The notes beneath the pieces were generated by a model. That model made no database searches, had not been told where the DNA came from, and worked only from the letters and a program-made list of their open reading frames with translations. A DNA stretch of 64,000 bases from an uncultured Clostridia bacterium (GTDB lineage: Bacteria; Bacillota; Clostridia; TANB77; CAG-508). Positions 10,057 through 21,240 of the stretch are shown one piece after another. The stretch spans positions 2,328 through 66,327 of the forward strand of contig CANQHI010000003.1 of the NCBI GenBank assembly GCA_947623725.1, given 5' to 3'. Made by a program: the position numbers and the translations under genes. Numbering within the stretch: the stretch's first letter is position 1; each line of letters begins with the position of its first letter.

Positions 10057-10311
10057 TTATTTATTACTAGATTCAACTGTAACTCTATATTCAACATCTG
10101 TAATATATGGAAACATTTCTTTTACAGCTTTATAAGTTATCATTGATTTTTCTGGAACAGGATTTCTACTTTTTTGTTCTACTAATTCTTGCATATAGCA
10201 ATTTTCATCTACTTTATATACCATATATCTATTTCTAACATAATCAAATAATATTTTATAGCCATCATCTAAATCTTTTGAAAATTTTTTAAAATTATAG
10301 TTTTCAATCAT
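10057..10311 (-). CDS. hypothetical protein (84 aa)
   Basis: Clean ORF 50 nt downstream of ligA on the same strand. No motif recognised. Confidence 0.45.
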   Translation of the reverse strand: MIENYNFKKFSKDLDDGYKILFDYVRNRYMVYKVDENCYMQELVEQKSRNPVPEKSMITYKAVKEMFPYITDVEYRVTVESSNK

Positions 10312-10361
10312 TTTATTTTACCTTCTCTTTTCATTTAAATAAATTATTCTAATTGAATTTA

Positions 10362-12422
<2,061 letters not shown>

Positions 12423-12434
12423 TTAGTCAATATT

Positions 12435-13070
12435 TTAATCTTTTAATAAATCTTTTCCACCTTTCAAATATTCATATCCAGAAAAGATTGTTGCAATAAC
12501 ACATATTACCATAAATATTGTCATAGCAATATTTATAATAAATTGTGGAATTGTCATATATATACCTGCTGAATTTTCCATCATAGTAGCTACACTATTT
12601 ACTCTAAAAATAAATTTACCAAATCCAAATTTATCTAAGAAAGCTAAAATTACAGCTATCATTTGTGTTACTGTTTTTATTTTACCCCATTTATTTGCTG
12701 CTATTACATTTCCTTTCTTTTCTAGTGCAATTAATCTATATCCTGATACTGCAAATTCTCTTGTAATTATTATTATAGGAATCCAAGATGGAAGATTACC
12801 CATTTCTACTAATATTAGCATTGCTGATATTACTAATATTTTATCTGCAATTGGATCTAAGAATTTTCCAAATGTAGTTACCTGATTATTTTTTCTTGCT
12901 AAATATCCATCAAGCTTATCAGTTATTGAACCAATAATAAAAATTAAATTTATTATCAATGATGTTATTGGAACTCCTAAAACTTCTCCTTGAATATTTA
13001 CTAGATACATTATGACCATTAACGGTACTAGTAAAATTCTAAATATAGTTAATTTGTTTGGGGTATTCAT
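12435..13070 (-). CDS. pgsA: CDP-diacylglycerol--glycerol-3-phosphate 3-phosphatidyltransferase
   Basis: CDP-alcohol phosphatidyltransferase motif DKLDGYLARKNNQVTTFGKFLDPIADK. Multi-TM, 211 aa. Confidence 0.88.
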   Translation of the reverse strand: MNTPNKLTIFRILLVPLMVIMYLVNIQGEVLGVPITSLIINLIFIIGSITDKLDGYLARKNNQVTTFGKFLDPIADKILVISAMLILVEMGNLPSWIPIIIITREFAVSGYRLIALEKKGNVIAANKWGKIKTVTQMIAVILAFLDKFGFGKFIFRVNSVATMMENSAGIYMTIPQFIINIAMTIFMVICVIATIFSGYEYLKGGKDLLKD

Positions 13071-13094
13071 ATAAAATTCCTTTCTTTTTATTTA

Positions 13095-15911
13095 TTAAAT
13101 TAACATAGTTTCATTTAATAAATTATTTCCTACTTCATTGCTTTCATTATTATTAACATCTTTATTTTCTTTTTCATTTTCTTCAACTACTTTTTGTAAT
13201 TCATCAATAAGTCTACTTAATTCTTGCATATCTTCACCAAATAATTTCCAGTCATTATTTTTGCTAGAATTCTTTACATTATCATTAGCTTTTATTATAG
13301 ATTTTACTAAATCTTCTAAATCATCTCTATTCTCTACATCAATATTAACCGCAAATTTAGAACTTAAGTTTTCTAATGCTTCCTCTAAGTTATTACCTAT
13401 TGCTACTTTATTGCCTGATGCAACTACTACTCTCTTTAAGGTTGGTTTTTGAACATCTTCATTTATGTATTGTTGATAATATGTTTCTACATATAAAATT
13501 GTATTATTTACTGGAACTGCAATTAAATTCTTTGTAATTTTTGTTCCACTAACATTTAAGCTTGCTATATCTGATGCTATAGTTTCATCTTGATTTATCT
13601 GAGTTTCAAGTTGCGTTGGAGATAGCACATTACTATCTGCTAAAAACTCACATATCTTTAATTTATTCTGTCCATTCTCTGTTGTTCCTATCATATATGA
13701 TATAATATTTTGTTTTCCATAAGATGAGAAAGGAACAATTAATCCTACCTCTTCAATTCCATTTTTATCTTTTACCATTGTATAATATGAATTTATTTTT
13801 TCATTTTTATTGTTATTTTGTATTGAGGCTGTTTCCCATATATCATTTGCTCTATACAAAGTTTCTGATTCCGCATTATGATATTTTTCAATTATTTTTG
13901 TTTGAATATCATATAAATATTTTGGATATATAAAATGTTTACTTATATCTTGTGGAATATCACTGCTATTTAAGAATACATTTGGATACATTTTATTATA
14001 TGCCATAATTATAGGGTCTGTCCTATCTGTTATGTAGAATTTCATTTCTCCATCATAAGCATTTATTAAAATTTTAACAGAATTTCTTATGTAATTGATT
14101 TGTTTGTCATTTCCAATATCAAGCTTTTGTGCATAAGGATATTCATTTGTAGTTGTATATGCATCTAATACCCATACTTGATTTCCATTATCATCTACCA
14201 CTAAATAAGGGTTTTCATCATACATTAAATATGGCATAATAGTTTTTGCTCTATTTAATATATTTCTATTTGTAATAATTTTACTATCTTCTGTAATTGT
14301 TCCAGAAAATGCAAGATTCATATCCCCTTCTTTTATTCCTAAAATAATTCTGTCAAATATATTTAAGTTTAGTCCAGCATTTCCTGTATATGTATATTCT
14401 TTATTTTCCATTTCTTCAGAAATTGGATAATCTAATTCTGTTTTTTTACTATTTATAACTATTGCATTATTTGTTTCTAAGCCAAAGTATATTCTTGGTT
14501 CTTTTATATCAACTACATTTTCACTTGATTCTAAGTCTTTTTGAATATTAATTAAATTACCATATTCATCAGTTTTTCCAGCCATAGTTATAATACTTCC
14601 ATATCCATGAGTATATTGATATGTTTTATTTGAATATGTTGTATTTTGATTAGATATTTCTCTAGGAGTTATATAAACTAATCTTTGTTTTCCTTCTATA
14701 TTATAAGATGCAATTTGTGTTTGCCTAAATGTATAATATCCTTTAACTGTTTGTGTTGCTGATAAATCTTGAAGTACATTATCTTTACTTACAATTGCAA
14801 TGTTTTCTAATAAATTTTGATTTTGTTTTATTTCTGATTCAGTAAGTGTTCCACTATAATCTATATTTTGTGTTGATATTATATCTTGCGTAATACCATA
14901 GGCTTGCTTTGTTTTTTCTATATTTGCTAATATATATTCTTGATTTCTTTCTAGTTTATTCGATCCTATAAATATTAATTGATAAAAAGCTAATATTAAA
15001 GATAAAGCTATTAAATAAATTGGAACTACCATAATATGTCCTAAAACTCTTCTAGTACTTTTTTCTTTTAATCCTTTATATGCTTTAAATATCGAAAATA
15101 CTGCGAGTATTGCTAATACTATATATCCTACTAATTTTATGGTTTTATCTGCATTTCCAGCACCATAAATAGAATAGCCTGAGCCATCTCCAAGCTCAAT
15201 ATCCATAAATTTTTCATTTCCAATATTAAAAACCATGAAAGCTATTATTATTAGACCAATTAAAACTGCTATTATTTTTACTCTTGAACCAATTTTTCCA
15301 ATTAAATCACATTTTACAATAGATTCCCTAGATACACCATCAAAACTAATATTTAGTACAATAAGTGCATATGCTATTGCATAAACAAGTGTTGCAATCA
15401 TAATAACTAAAAAATATACTAATATAAATTGAATTAGTGGTTTTATAAATACAAAAAAGCTTATGTCTAGATTAAAAATTGAATCTGTCATTCCAAATTG
15501 TGAACCACTAAAACATAACAATATTTTATTTAGTAACATTTTAGAACTTAATATACTTCCTATTAATGATACTATAAAGCAGACTGATTTATTAGGAAAG
15601 TTTGGCATTTCTTTTTTTTCATCATCAAAGAAAACTTTAAGTCCTTTTTTCAAAGTTCTATTTGTTAGATAAAATGCAAGATATAATATTATAAAATTAA
15701 TAATAAATGTAATTGCCATATATATTATATCTGTTTTAAATATTGATAAATAATTTTCGCCTATATCTTTTATTTCTAAATAGTTACCTCTTGCGTATAT
15801 GTACCCTATAACTAAAACTATAAGTGTTATTATAATTACTACTCTAATTCTTAATTTTTTTGATTTTTTATTCTTTTCTGTAACTGAGGTTTTTTTATCC
15901 ATAAAAATCAT
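13095..15911 (-). CDS. UPF0182-family large membrane protein
   Basis: 938 aa. N-terminal polytopic region followed by a large extracytoplasmic part. The C-terminal block LIVPFSS...NLIAVPVNNTILYVETYY...PTLKRVVVASGNKVAIG matches my memory of UPF0182 proteins. The start may be the internal M at residue 4. Confidence 0.75.
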   Translation of the reverse strand: MIFMDKKTSVTEKNKKSKKLRIRVVIIITLIVLVIGYIYARGNYLEIKDIGENYLSIFKTDIIYMAITFIINFIILYLAFYLTNRTLKKGLKVFFDDEKKEMPNFPNKSVCFIVSLIGSILSSKMLLNKILLCFSGSQFGMTDSIFNLDISFFVFIKPLIQFILVYFLVIMIATLVYAIAYALIVLNISFDGVSRESIVKCDLIGKIGSRVKIIAVLIGLIIIAFMVFNIGNEKFMDIELGDGSGYSIYGAGNADKTIKLVGYIVLAILAVFSIFKAYKGLKEKSTRRVLGHIMVVPIYLIALSLILAFYQLIFIGSNKLERNQEYILANIEKTKQAYGITQDIISTQNIDYSGTLTESEIKQNQNLLENIAIVSKDNVLQDLSATQTVKGYYTFRQTQIASYNIEGKQRLVYITPREISNQNTTYSNKTYQYTHGYGSIITMAGKTDEYGNLINIQKDLESSENVVDIKEPRIYFGLETNNAIVINSKKTELDYPISEEMENKEYTYTGNAGLNLNIFDRIILGIKEGDMNLAFSGTITEDSKIITNRNILNRAKTIMPYLMYDENPYLVVDDNGNQVWVLDAYTTTNEYPYAQKLDIGNDKQINYIRNSVKILINAYDGEMKFYITDRTDPIIMAYNKMYPNVFLNSSDIPQDISKHFIYPKYLYDIQTKIIEKYHNAESETLYRANDIWETASIQNNNKNEKINSYYTMVKDKNGIEEVGLIVPFSSYGKQNIISYMIGTTENGQNKLKICEFLADSNVLSPTQLETQINQDETIASDIASLNVSGTKITKNLIAVPVNNTILYVETYYQQYINEDVQKPTLKRVVVASGNKVAIGNNLEEALENLSSKFAVNIDVENRDDLEDLVKSIIKANDNVKNSSKNNDWKLFGEDMQELSRLIDELQKVVEENEKENKDVNNNESNEVGNNLLNETMLI

Positions 15912-15990
15912 TCCTTAAAAGCTTTATTTAGGTTTTTTAACGGCTACCTATAAACCTTAAATACTTAATATTTAATTATTAAGTATTAAG

Positions 15991-16040
15991 TATTTATTAT
16001 TTATTATTTATTATTTATTATTTATTATTTATTATTTATT
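15991..16040. repeat. perfect heptanucleotide tandem repeat (TATTTAT)x7
   Basis: Positions 15991-16040 read tatttat seven times plus one base. It is preceded by two variant units, aagtatt aagtatt. It lies between the ftsY stop (16073) and the UPF0182 start (15911). Confidence 0.9.
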
Positions 16041-16072
16041 GTTTAACTTTTTTGATTTTTATTGCTCATTTT

Positions 16073-16951
16073 TTAAATGATAGCATTTATAAAATCTCTA
16101 CTATTAAAATTTTCCATATCATCTATTTGTTCACCAACTCCAATAAATTTTACTGGTACTTTTTCTTCTTTTGCAAGTCTAATTATTATTCCCCCTTTTG
16201 CAGTTCCATCAAGCTTTGTAAGAACTAATCCTGTTATTCCTGTTGTTTCTTTAAACGCTTTAAGTTGTGATATAGCATTTTGTCCAGTTGATCCATCTAC
16301 TACTAATAGTATTTCTTTTGAAGAATCAGGAAGTTCTCTATCTATAACTTTTTTCATCTTTTCTAATTCATCCATTAAATTCTTTTTATTTTGTAATCTT
16401 CCTGCCGTATCACAAATTAATATATCTGCATTTTCTTCTTTTGCTCTTTTGCAGGCATCAAAAATTACAGAAGATGGATCTTGATTTTCTTTTCCTTTTA
16501 CTAACATACAATTTGCTCTATTTGCCCATACTTCAAGTTGTTCAACTGCTGCTGCTCTAAATGTATCACCCGCTGCTACAATAACTTTTTTTCCTTGATT
16601 ACGATATTTGTTCGCAATTTTTCCAATTGAAGTTGTTTTTCCTGATCCATTTACTCCAACCATTAAAATTACTGCTGGTTTTCTTTCAATATGTAAATTT
16701 TGATCTAAATCATCAAATATTTTACAAATTTCTTCTCTCAAAATATTTTTTACATCTTCTGTTTCTTTAATATTTTGTTTTTTTATTTTTTCTCTAAGGC
16801 TTGATATTATTTCCTCAGTTGTATCAAATCCCACATCTGCCATAATTAATTTTTCCTCAAGCTCTTCAAGTAATTCTTCGTCTACTTTTTTAAAACTAAA
16901 ATTTATTTTTGTTTTACTTAATCCTTGTTTAAGTTTATCAAAAAAACTCAT
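16073..16951 (-). CDS. ftsY: signal recognition particle receptor FtsY (NG domain only)
   Basis: MSFFDKLKQGLSKTK start with GVNGSGKTT, DTAGR and TKLDG motifs. Confidence 0.95.
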   Translation of the reverse strand: MSFFDKLKQGLSKTKINFSFKKVDEELLEELEEKLIMADVGFDTTEEIISSLREKIKKQNIKETEDVKNILREEICKIFDDLDQNLHIERKPAVILMVGVNGSGKTTSIGKIANKYRNQGKKVIVAAGDTFRAAAVEQLEVWANRANCMLVKGKENQDPSSVIFDACKRAKEENADILICDTAGRLQNKKNLMDELEKMKKVIDRELPDSSKEILLVVDGSTGQNAISQLKAFKETTGITGLVLTKLDGTAKGGIIIRLAKEEKVPVKFIGVGEQIDDMENFNSRDFINAII

Positions 16952-17228
16952 AAATATATTATATGGTAACTTATAACCATATTTCTCCTTTCAATTTTTA
17001 TGTAAGCTTATTTTATCATATACATAAAAAAAAAGCTATACTTATTTTATATCTTTTAATTATAATTGTTTTACCTTTCAATTGACGTTATAATTATTTT
17101 TTAAGAGTAATATATTTTTTCATGTAAAAAATATATATAACTAAATTAATAAACTTTTTTATAAAAATTGTAATTAAAATCTAGTAATTATTTATTTTTT
17201 ATGTTAAAATGATTTTGTTATTTTGTAT

Positions 17229-17304
17229 GCCACTATAGCTCAGTTGGTAGAGCAACAGATTCGTAACCTGTAGGTCGTGAGTTCAATTCTCACTGGTGGC
17301 TCCA
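17229..17304 (+). tRNA. tRNA-Thr (anticodon CGU)
   Basis: 76-nt cloverleaf. Acceptor GCCACTA/TGGTGGC, D arm GCTC-AGTTGGTA-GAGC, anticodon loop TTCGTAA, T arm GTGAG-TTCAATT-CTCAC and encoded CCA. There is an A-C mismatch at 31-39. An extended -10 (TGtTAAAAT, 17202-17210) lies upstream. Confidence 0.88.
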
Positions 17305-17345
17305 GATAAATTTATATTATAATTATATTATAGGAGAAACTAATA

Positions 17346-17888
17346 ATGAACACTGATTTTTATAAATTATTTAATCTAAGTTTAGCAAAACAAAAAGGAA
17401 CTTTAACTGATGAAATGGTTAAAGAAAATTATCTAAATAAAAGAAAACAATATTTCCAAATGATAAAAAAATGTGGTGATAAAAAAGAAAAATATTCTAT
17501 CATTGAATTAAAAGAAGTTTTCGATGATGATTATTTAAAATTTTTAGATGAAGCTTATAAAGCTATAAAAACAGAAAATGATAGACAAAAATATGACGAG
17601 TCTATTGCAAATTCAAAAAAAGAGTCTAAAAATCAAGATTCAATTAAAAAGAAAGATTCAGATATCAACTCAGTTAATGTTAATGCAGACTCTCAAGATA
17701 ATAAAAGTGATACTAGTACGGCAACCTCTACTAATACTACTTCAAAAGATCTTTCTTTTGTTCCAATATATAAAGGTAATTTTGGAAAAATTCCACCAAA
17801 AAAGGATACTTCTACAAATAGTAAAGATATATCCGAAGATAAACGTAAGGTTGTTTCAAAAAATAATCATGATGACATAGATATATAA
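17346..17888 (+). CDS. hypothetical protein with low-complexity S/T/N/D/K-rich C-terminal half
   Basis: 180-aa ORF with AGGAG 8 nt upstream and a strong terminator right after the stop. Confidence 0.55.
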   Translation: MNTDFYKLFNLSLAKQKGTLTDEMVKENYLNKRKQYFQMIKKCGDKKEKYSIIELKEVFDDDYLKFLDEAYKAIKTENDRQKYDESIANSKKESKNQDSIKKKDSDINSVNVNADSQDNKSDTSTATSTNTTSKDLSFVPIYKGNFGKIPPKKDTSTNSKDISEDKRKVVSKNNHDDIDI

Positions 17889-17897
17889 AAATTATTT

Positions 17898-17933
17898 AGC
17901 ATTTAGAAAAAATTACTTTCTAAATGCTTTTTT
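17898..17933 (+). terminator. intrinsic terminator between convergent genes
   Basis: Perfect 12-bp stem agcatttagaaa / tttctaaatgct with a 7-nt loop, followed by ttttt. Confidence 0.7.
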
Positions 17934-17962
17934 ACTTTCTCTAATACATTTTTTATAGTTTG

Positions 17963-19846
17963 CTATCTATCATGTGAAAATCCATCATCTATATTTTTAT
18001 CTTGTTCAACACTAAAATCACTTTCTTTTTCTACTTTATGAGTAAATTTTTGTAATTCGTTTTTTTGCATTAATGGTGTTTTTATTATGTTTCCATAATT
18101 TTCTTCTATTTCTTCATCATCATAATCAATTCCTCTGTAATCTTGCCTATTTTTATCAGTCATATATTCAATATAAGTTTCTCCTGATATACCTGTAATT
18201 AAATCTTTTTTTCGAGGTACAGGCACGGTAACGCCTTGTTCGTATTGTGCTTGAAATTTCTTATCCATATTTTTTTCTAATATAAATGAATCTCCATAGA
18301 ATTTAGCATTTTCAGGAGTGAGTTCTACAAATCCATTTGATAAAATCTCTTCTGCAAACTTCTTACCACCTTGTAAATTAATACACCAATATCCCGCCAT
18401 TGGAGTAGCTTTTCCTCCAAATCTCTTATCTTTAATAAATCTTCCAGATATACTAATATTATCTCTTTTAAAAAATTGCCTATAAGTAGCATCAATTAAA
18501 AAGTTTTTTTCTATATAAGTTCCATCTTGTTGTTTAACTGGTATTGCAACACTATTGAATGCATGTCCTCCTAAATTTTCACCCGTTATAGTTGGATTTA
18601 TATTAGAAACTCTAGCTTCTAATCCCATTTTTTTAAGAATAGTGTATACTATTCCTTGTGATAGGCCACAATATCCCATTAAATCGCTTTCTTTTATATC
18701 ACCTTTTAACTCATTATTCAGACATTTTCTATCTGCTTGCACAACCCATTCTAAAATTTTATTAGCCTCTTCAATAGTTAATCCATCAACCATTTCTTTA
18801 CTATTTAAATTTTTTTCTAATATATTTTTTAACTTTCCCTCTATATTTGCAATATTAGCAAGTTCTATTTCATTATATTTTTTTATATACGGCTGTGTAT
18901 CAATCAAAAATTCTTTTCCTTCTTTATACCCCAATAATTCTTTTAATGACTTTTTTATTTTATCCCATTTTGAAATTGTTTTCAAAGAATTATTTTCACT
19001 CTTTTCTTCCTCTCTAATTTTCTGTTGTTGCGAAACAATTTTATCTTTTGAATTTAATCTCTCTATTAACTCAATTCTTTTGAATAATTGCGACATAATT
19101 GAATTTCTCGATTCTTCCGAGAGTCCATCAAAAGAGTCTTTTAATATTTCTTCAATATCTTTTTTGTTCAATTTTTCTTGAATATTTTTTCCAAATGGAA
19201 CAATTTGTGATGGATATAATTCATATAATTGTTCTATTACTTGCTCTGCAGAGAATTTGTGAAAAAAACTTCTATAATCACATTCTATAAATGCCACTCC
19301 CATATCGTAATATTCTGGATTTCTAAATTTTCCCGTCTCACTATTCTTAATAATAAGCATATTATCCATCTTTATGTCAGTATTGCCTATCAATGCTGAT
19401 ACAAAGATATATTTTTGTAAGTATTCTTTCCTTAATCTTAAATCTTCTAAAGTTATACCTGGAATCGTTGAAATTTTTTCTAAATCATTCTCTATAAAAT
19501 CATCTACTCTATTAATTGGCCTGTATTCAACTAATCCTTCATCTAGTTCCACAAACTGTTCATTTTCATTTAATATATTTACAGATAAACATCCATTACT
19601 TTTTTCATTATCATTTGCAAGTAGAATATCAGCATGAGGAAATCCTATTTTATCCATTAATTTAGCAGATATTAATTCTCTAAAATCTTCATCTTTATCT
19701 CCTCCCATCATGCAACCATTCATTTTATAAAATCCTGTTTTTCCTATTTGAGGAATATAATATTCACCTCTTACAGATGTGAAATTTCCTAGTATATCAT
19801 CTTCGTCTTTTACAAGTGTTAAATCTGATAGTTTAATTCTATCCAT
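17963..19846 (-). CDS. fusion protein: N-terminal protein-kinase/HipA-like domain, coiled-coil linker, C-terminal transglutaminase-like cysteine-protease domain
   Basis: 627 aa. Catalytic-loop-like NTDIKMDNMLI (D157..K159..N162) and YYDMGVAF (DxG, 181-183). GYCGLSQG (C393), GGHAFNS (H428) and LIDATY (D452) have the C..H..D spacing of the transglutaminase core. No signal peptide or TM helix seen. AAGGAGA RBS. Confidence 0.6.
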   Translation of the reverse strand: MDRIKLSDLTLVKDEDDILGNFTSVRGEYYIPQIGKTGFYKMNGCMMGGDKDEDFRELISAKLMDKIGFPHADILLANDNEKSNGCLSVNILNENEQFVELDEGLVEYRPINRVDDFIENDLEKISTIPGITLEDLRLRKEYLQKYIFVSALIGNTDIKMDNMLIIKNSETGKFRNPEYYDMGVAFIECDYRSFFHKFSAEQVIEQLYELYPSQIVPFGKNIQEKLNKKDIEEILKDSFDGLSEESRNSIMSQLFKRIELIERLNSKDKIVSQQQKIREEEKSENNSLKTISKWDKIKKSLKELLGYKEGKEFLIDTQPYIKKYNEIELANIANIEGKLKNILEKNLNSKEMVDGLTIEEANKILEWVVQADRKCLNNELKGDIKESDLMGYCGLSQGIVYTILKKMGLEARVSNINPTITGENLGGHAFNSVAIPVKQQDGTYIEKNFLIDATYRQFFKRDNISISGRFIKDKRFGGKATPMAGYWCINLQGGKKFAEEILSNGFVELTPENAKFYGDSFILEKNMDKKFQAQYEQGVTVPVPRKKDLITGISGETYIEYMTDKNRQDYRGIDYDDEEIEENYGNIIKTPLMQKNELQKFTHKVEKESDFSVEQDKNIDDGFSHDR

Positions 19847-19891
19847 GTTTTCTCCTTCTTTTGTTTTAATACTTTGTTCTCATTCAAGAAG

Positions 19892-19948
19892 AATATATCA
19901 TATTTTATAAAATTTTTCTATAATTTATAAATAATAATATAAAAATAA
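19892..19948 (-). promoter_or_regulatory. promoter-like conserved motif, copy A (upstream of the kinase/transglutaminase gene)
   Basis: 57 nt, nearly identical to 26536-26591 (exact blocks of 27, 13 and 10 nt). The minus strand ends in TGATATATT (extended -10-like, 19900-19892), 46 nt upstream of the ATG at 19846. Confidence 0.45.
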
Positions 19949-20015
19949 ATAGAAACTTAGCTTATAATTTAGAAGAATAGCTCTACTTATGAAGCTTGTT
20001 ATAAATATTAATTAT

Positions 20016-20052
20016 AAAAAAACTATGTGGAATGTTATTTCATTTCACATAG
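20016..20052 (-). terminator. intrinsic terminator downstream of greA
   Basis: The minus strand reads CTATGTGAAATG-AAATAA-CATTCCACATAG (12 bp, one G-U) followed by TTTTTTT. Confidence 0.75.
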
Positions 20053-20108
20053 CTTTTCAGATTTCTAATAAGATTCCTGATTTTTAATACAAATAATTTA
20101 AAAGTTAT

Positions 20109-20591
20109 TTACTCGACTTTTAGAACTTTAATTTTAATAATATTTCCATTAACACTATATTTTCCTTCAAATCCAACTGTTTTTCCTAAAATACATTCTC
20201 CAATCGGTGAATTTATAGAAACTTTATTTTCATCAAATTTTCCTTGTCCACCGGTTAAAATGAATGTATCTTCTTCGCCATATCCATCAGATTCTTCCAT
20301 ATATACCCTAATTTTAGACCCAACTTTGATAACACTTTCATCTTCATCAGGATCAGTCTCAATAAGTTCAGCTGTTTCAATTTGATGTTTTAATTGGTTA
20401 ATTTCATAAATTAGCCCTCTTTCTTTAATTTCAGTTTGCTCGAATGCAAAATTATCATGCCATGCATCACCTTCATTTTCAGCTGCTTGATTTTTATACT
20501 TTCCTAGTTGCCGAAGTTCTTTTTGTTTTAGTTCTAATTCTTTGTTAAGTTCTTCAAACCCTGCCTTTGTAAATTTTAGTTTTTGTGTCAT
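20109..20591 (-). CDS. greA: transcription elongation factor GreA family
   Basis: 160 aa. N-terminal coiled coil (FTKAGFEELNKELELKQKELRQL) and the C-terminal globular domain typical of GreA/GreB. Confidence 0.85.
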   Translation of the reverse strand: MTQKLKFTKAGFEELNKELELKQKELRQLGKYKNQAAENEGDAWHDNFAFEQTEIKERGLIYEINQLKHQIETAELIETDPDEDESVIKVGSKIRVYMEESDGYGEEDTFILTGGQGKFDENKVSINSPIGECILGKTVGFEGKYSVNGNIIKIKVLKVE

Positions 20592-20640
20592 AGTATAGTC
20601 TCCTCCTTAAATTATGTGTATTATAATATATATATAAGCA

Positions 20641-21240
20641 TTATTGCTTTTTAGCTAAATAATTATTTATATACCAACTTGCAAATTGATCTTTTGCATC
20701 TCCCCAAAATGTTGCCTCTTTTTCATAGTCTATATCTCTTAATTCACTTAAAGTTTTTGTTTCTCCATCTGGTATATAAAATTTGTCATGCCATCTGCCT
20801 CTTGTTCCTCTTGCTTCATATGCTATAGTTCCTGTGCCTCCTCCAGAAAAAACTATTGCTTTTTTGCCTGGTTCACAGAAAGCAAAACAATGTTCTAATC
20901 TTGCTTTTCTATTTTTTTCATTTTTAAACAATTCCAAGAATTTTTCAACACCTATTTGTTTATCAAAATAATGATTATATGGTCCAGGAAGTCCTCCTAA
21001 TGCATCAATATATAATCCACTATCTGATTTCAATACTGGTAAATTTAATTTATTTGCTCCATATTCAGCACTAAATGCTGCTACGTCTATACAACTTTCT
21101 GCCTGAATTTCTAATATTTCAAAATCCGGATTTACAATTTCTAAATTAAATCCATATTTTTTCCCAAAGAATTCATTTGCTTCGTTTACCTTATTAGGAT
21201 TTGTCGTTAAATAAATTAATTTTTCCATATTTTCCTCCAT
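20641..21240 (-). CDS. Ham1/RdgB-family non-canonical NTP pyrophosphatase-like protein
   Basis: LIYLTTNPNKVNEA (T.N..K..E), SDSGLYIDALGGLPGPY and RGTRG..DKFYIP. The start codon abuts the stop of the upstream gene (21240/21241). Confidence 0.75.
   Translation of the reverse strand: MEENMEKLIYLTTNPNKVNEANEFFGKKYGFNLEIVNPDFEILEIQAESCIDVAAFSAEYGANKLNLPVLKSDSGLYIDALGGLPGPYNHYFDKQIGVEKFLELFKNEKNRKARLEHCFAFCEPGKKAIVFSGGGTGTIAYEARGTRGRWHDKFYIPDGETKTLSELRDIDYEKEATFWGDAKDQFASWYINNYLAKKQ

Noticed and set aside
15991-16040. Whether any tandem repeat (15991-16040, 49751-49786, or the three TTTTTTAATGTAA copies at 2768-2820) could be a CRISPR array.
   Set aside because: The units are 7-18 nt, contiguous or irregularly spaced (17 and 22 nt), with no spacer structure of about 30 nt and no cas genes. 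These are simple-sequence repeats, not CRISPR.
17346-17888. J-domain (DnaJ-like) assignment for the 180-aa plus-strand protein, based on its DFYKLFNLS start.
   Set aside because: There is no HPD tripeptide and no further J-domain helix pattern. The rest is low-complexity sequence.
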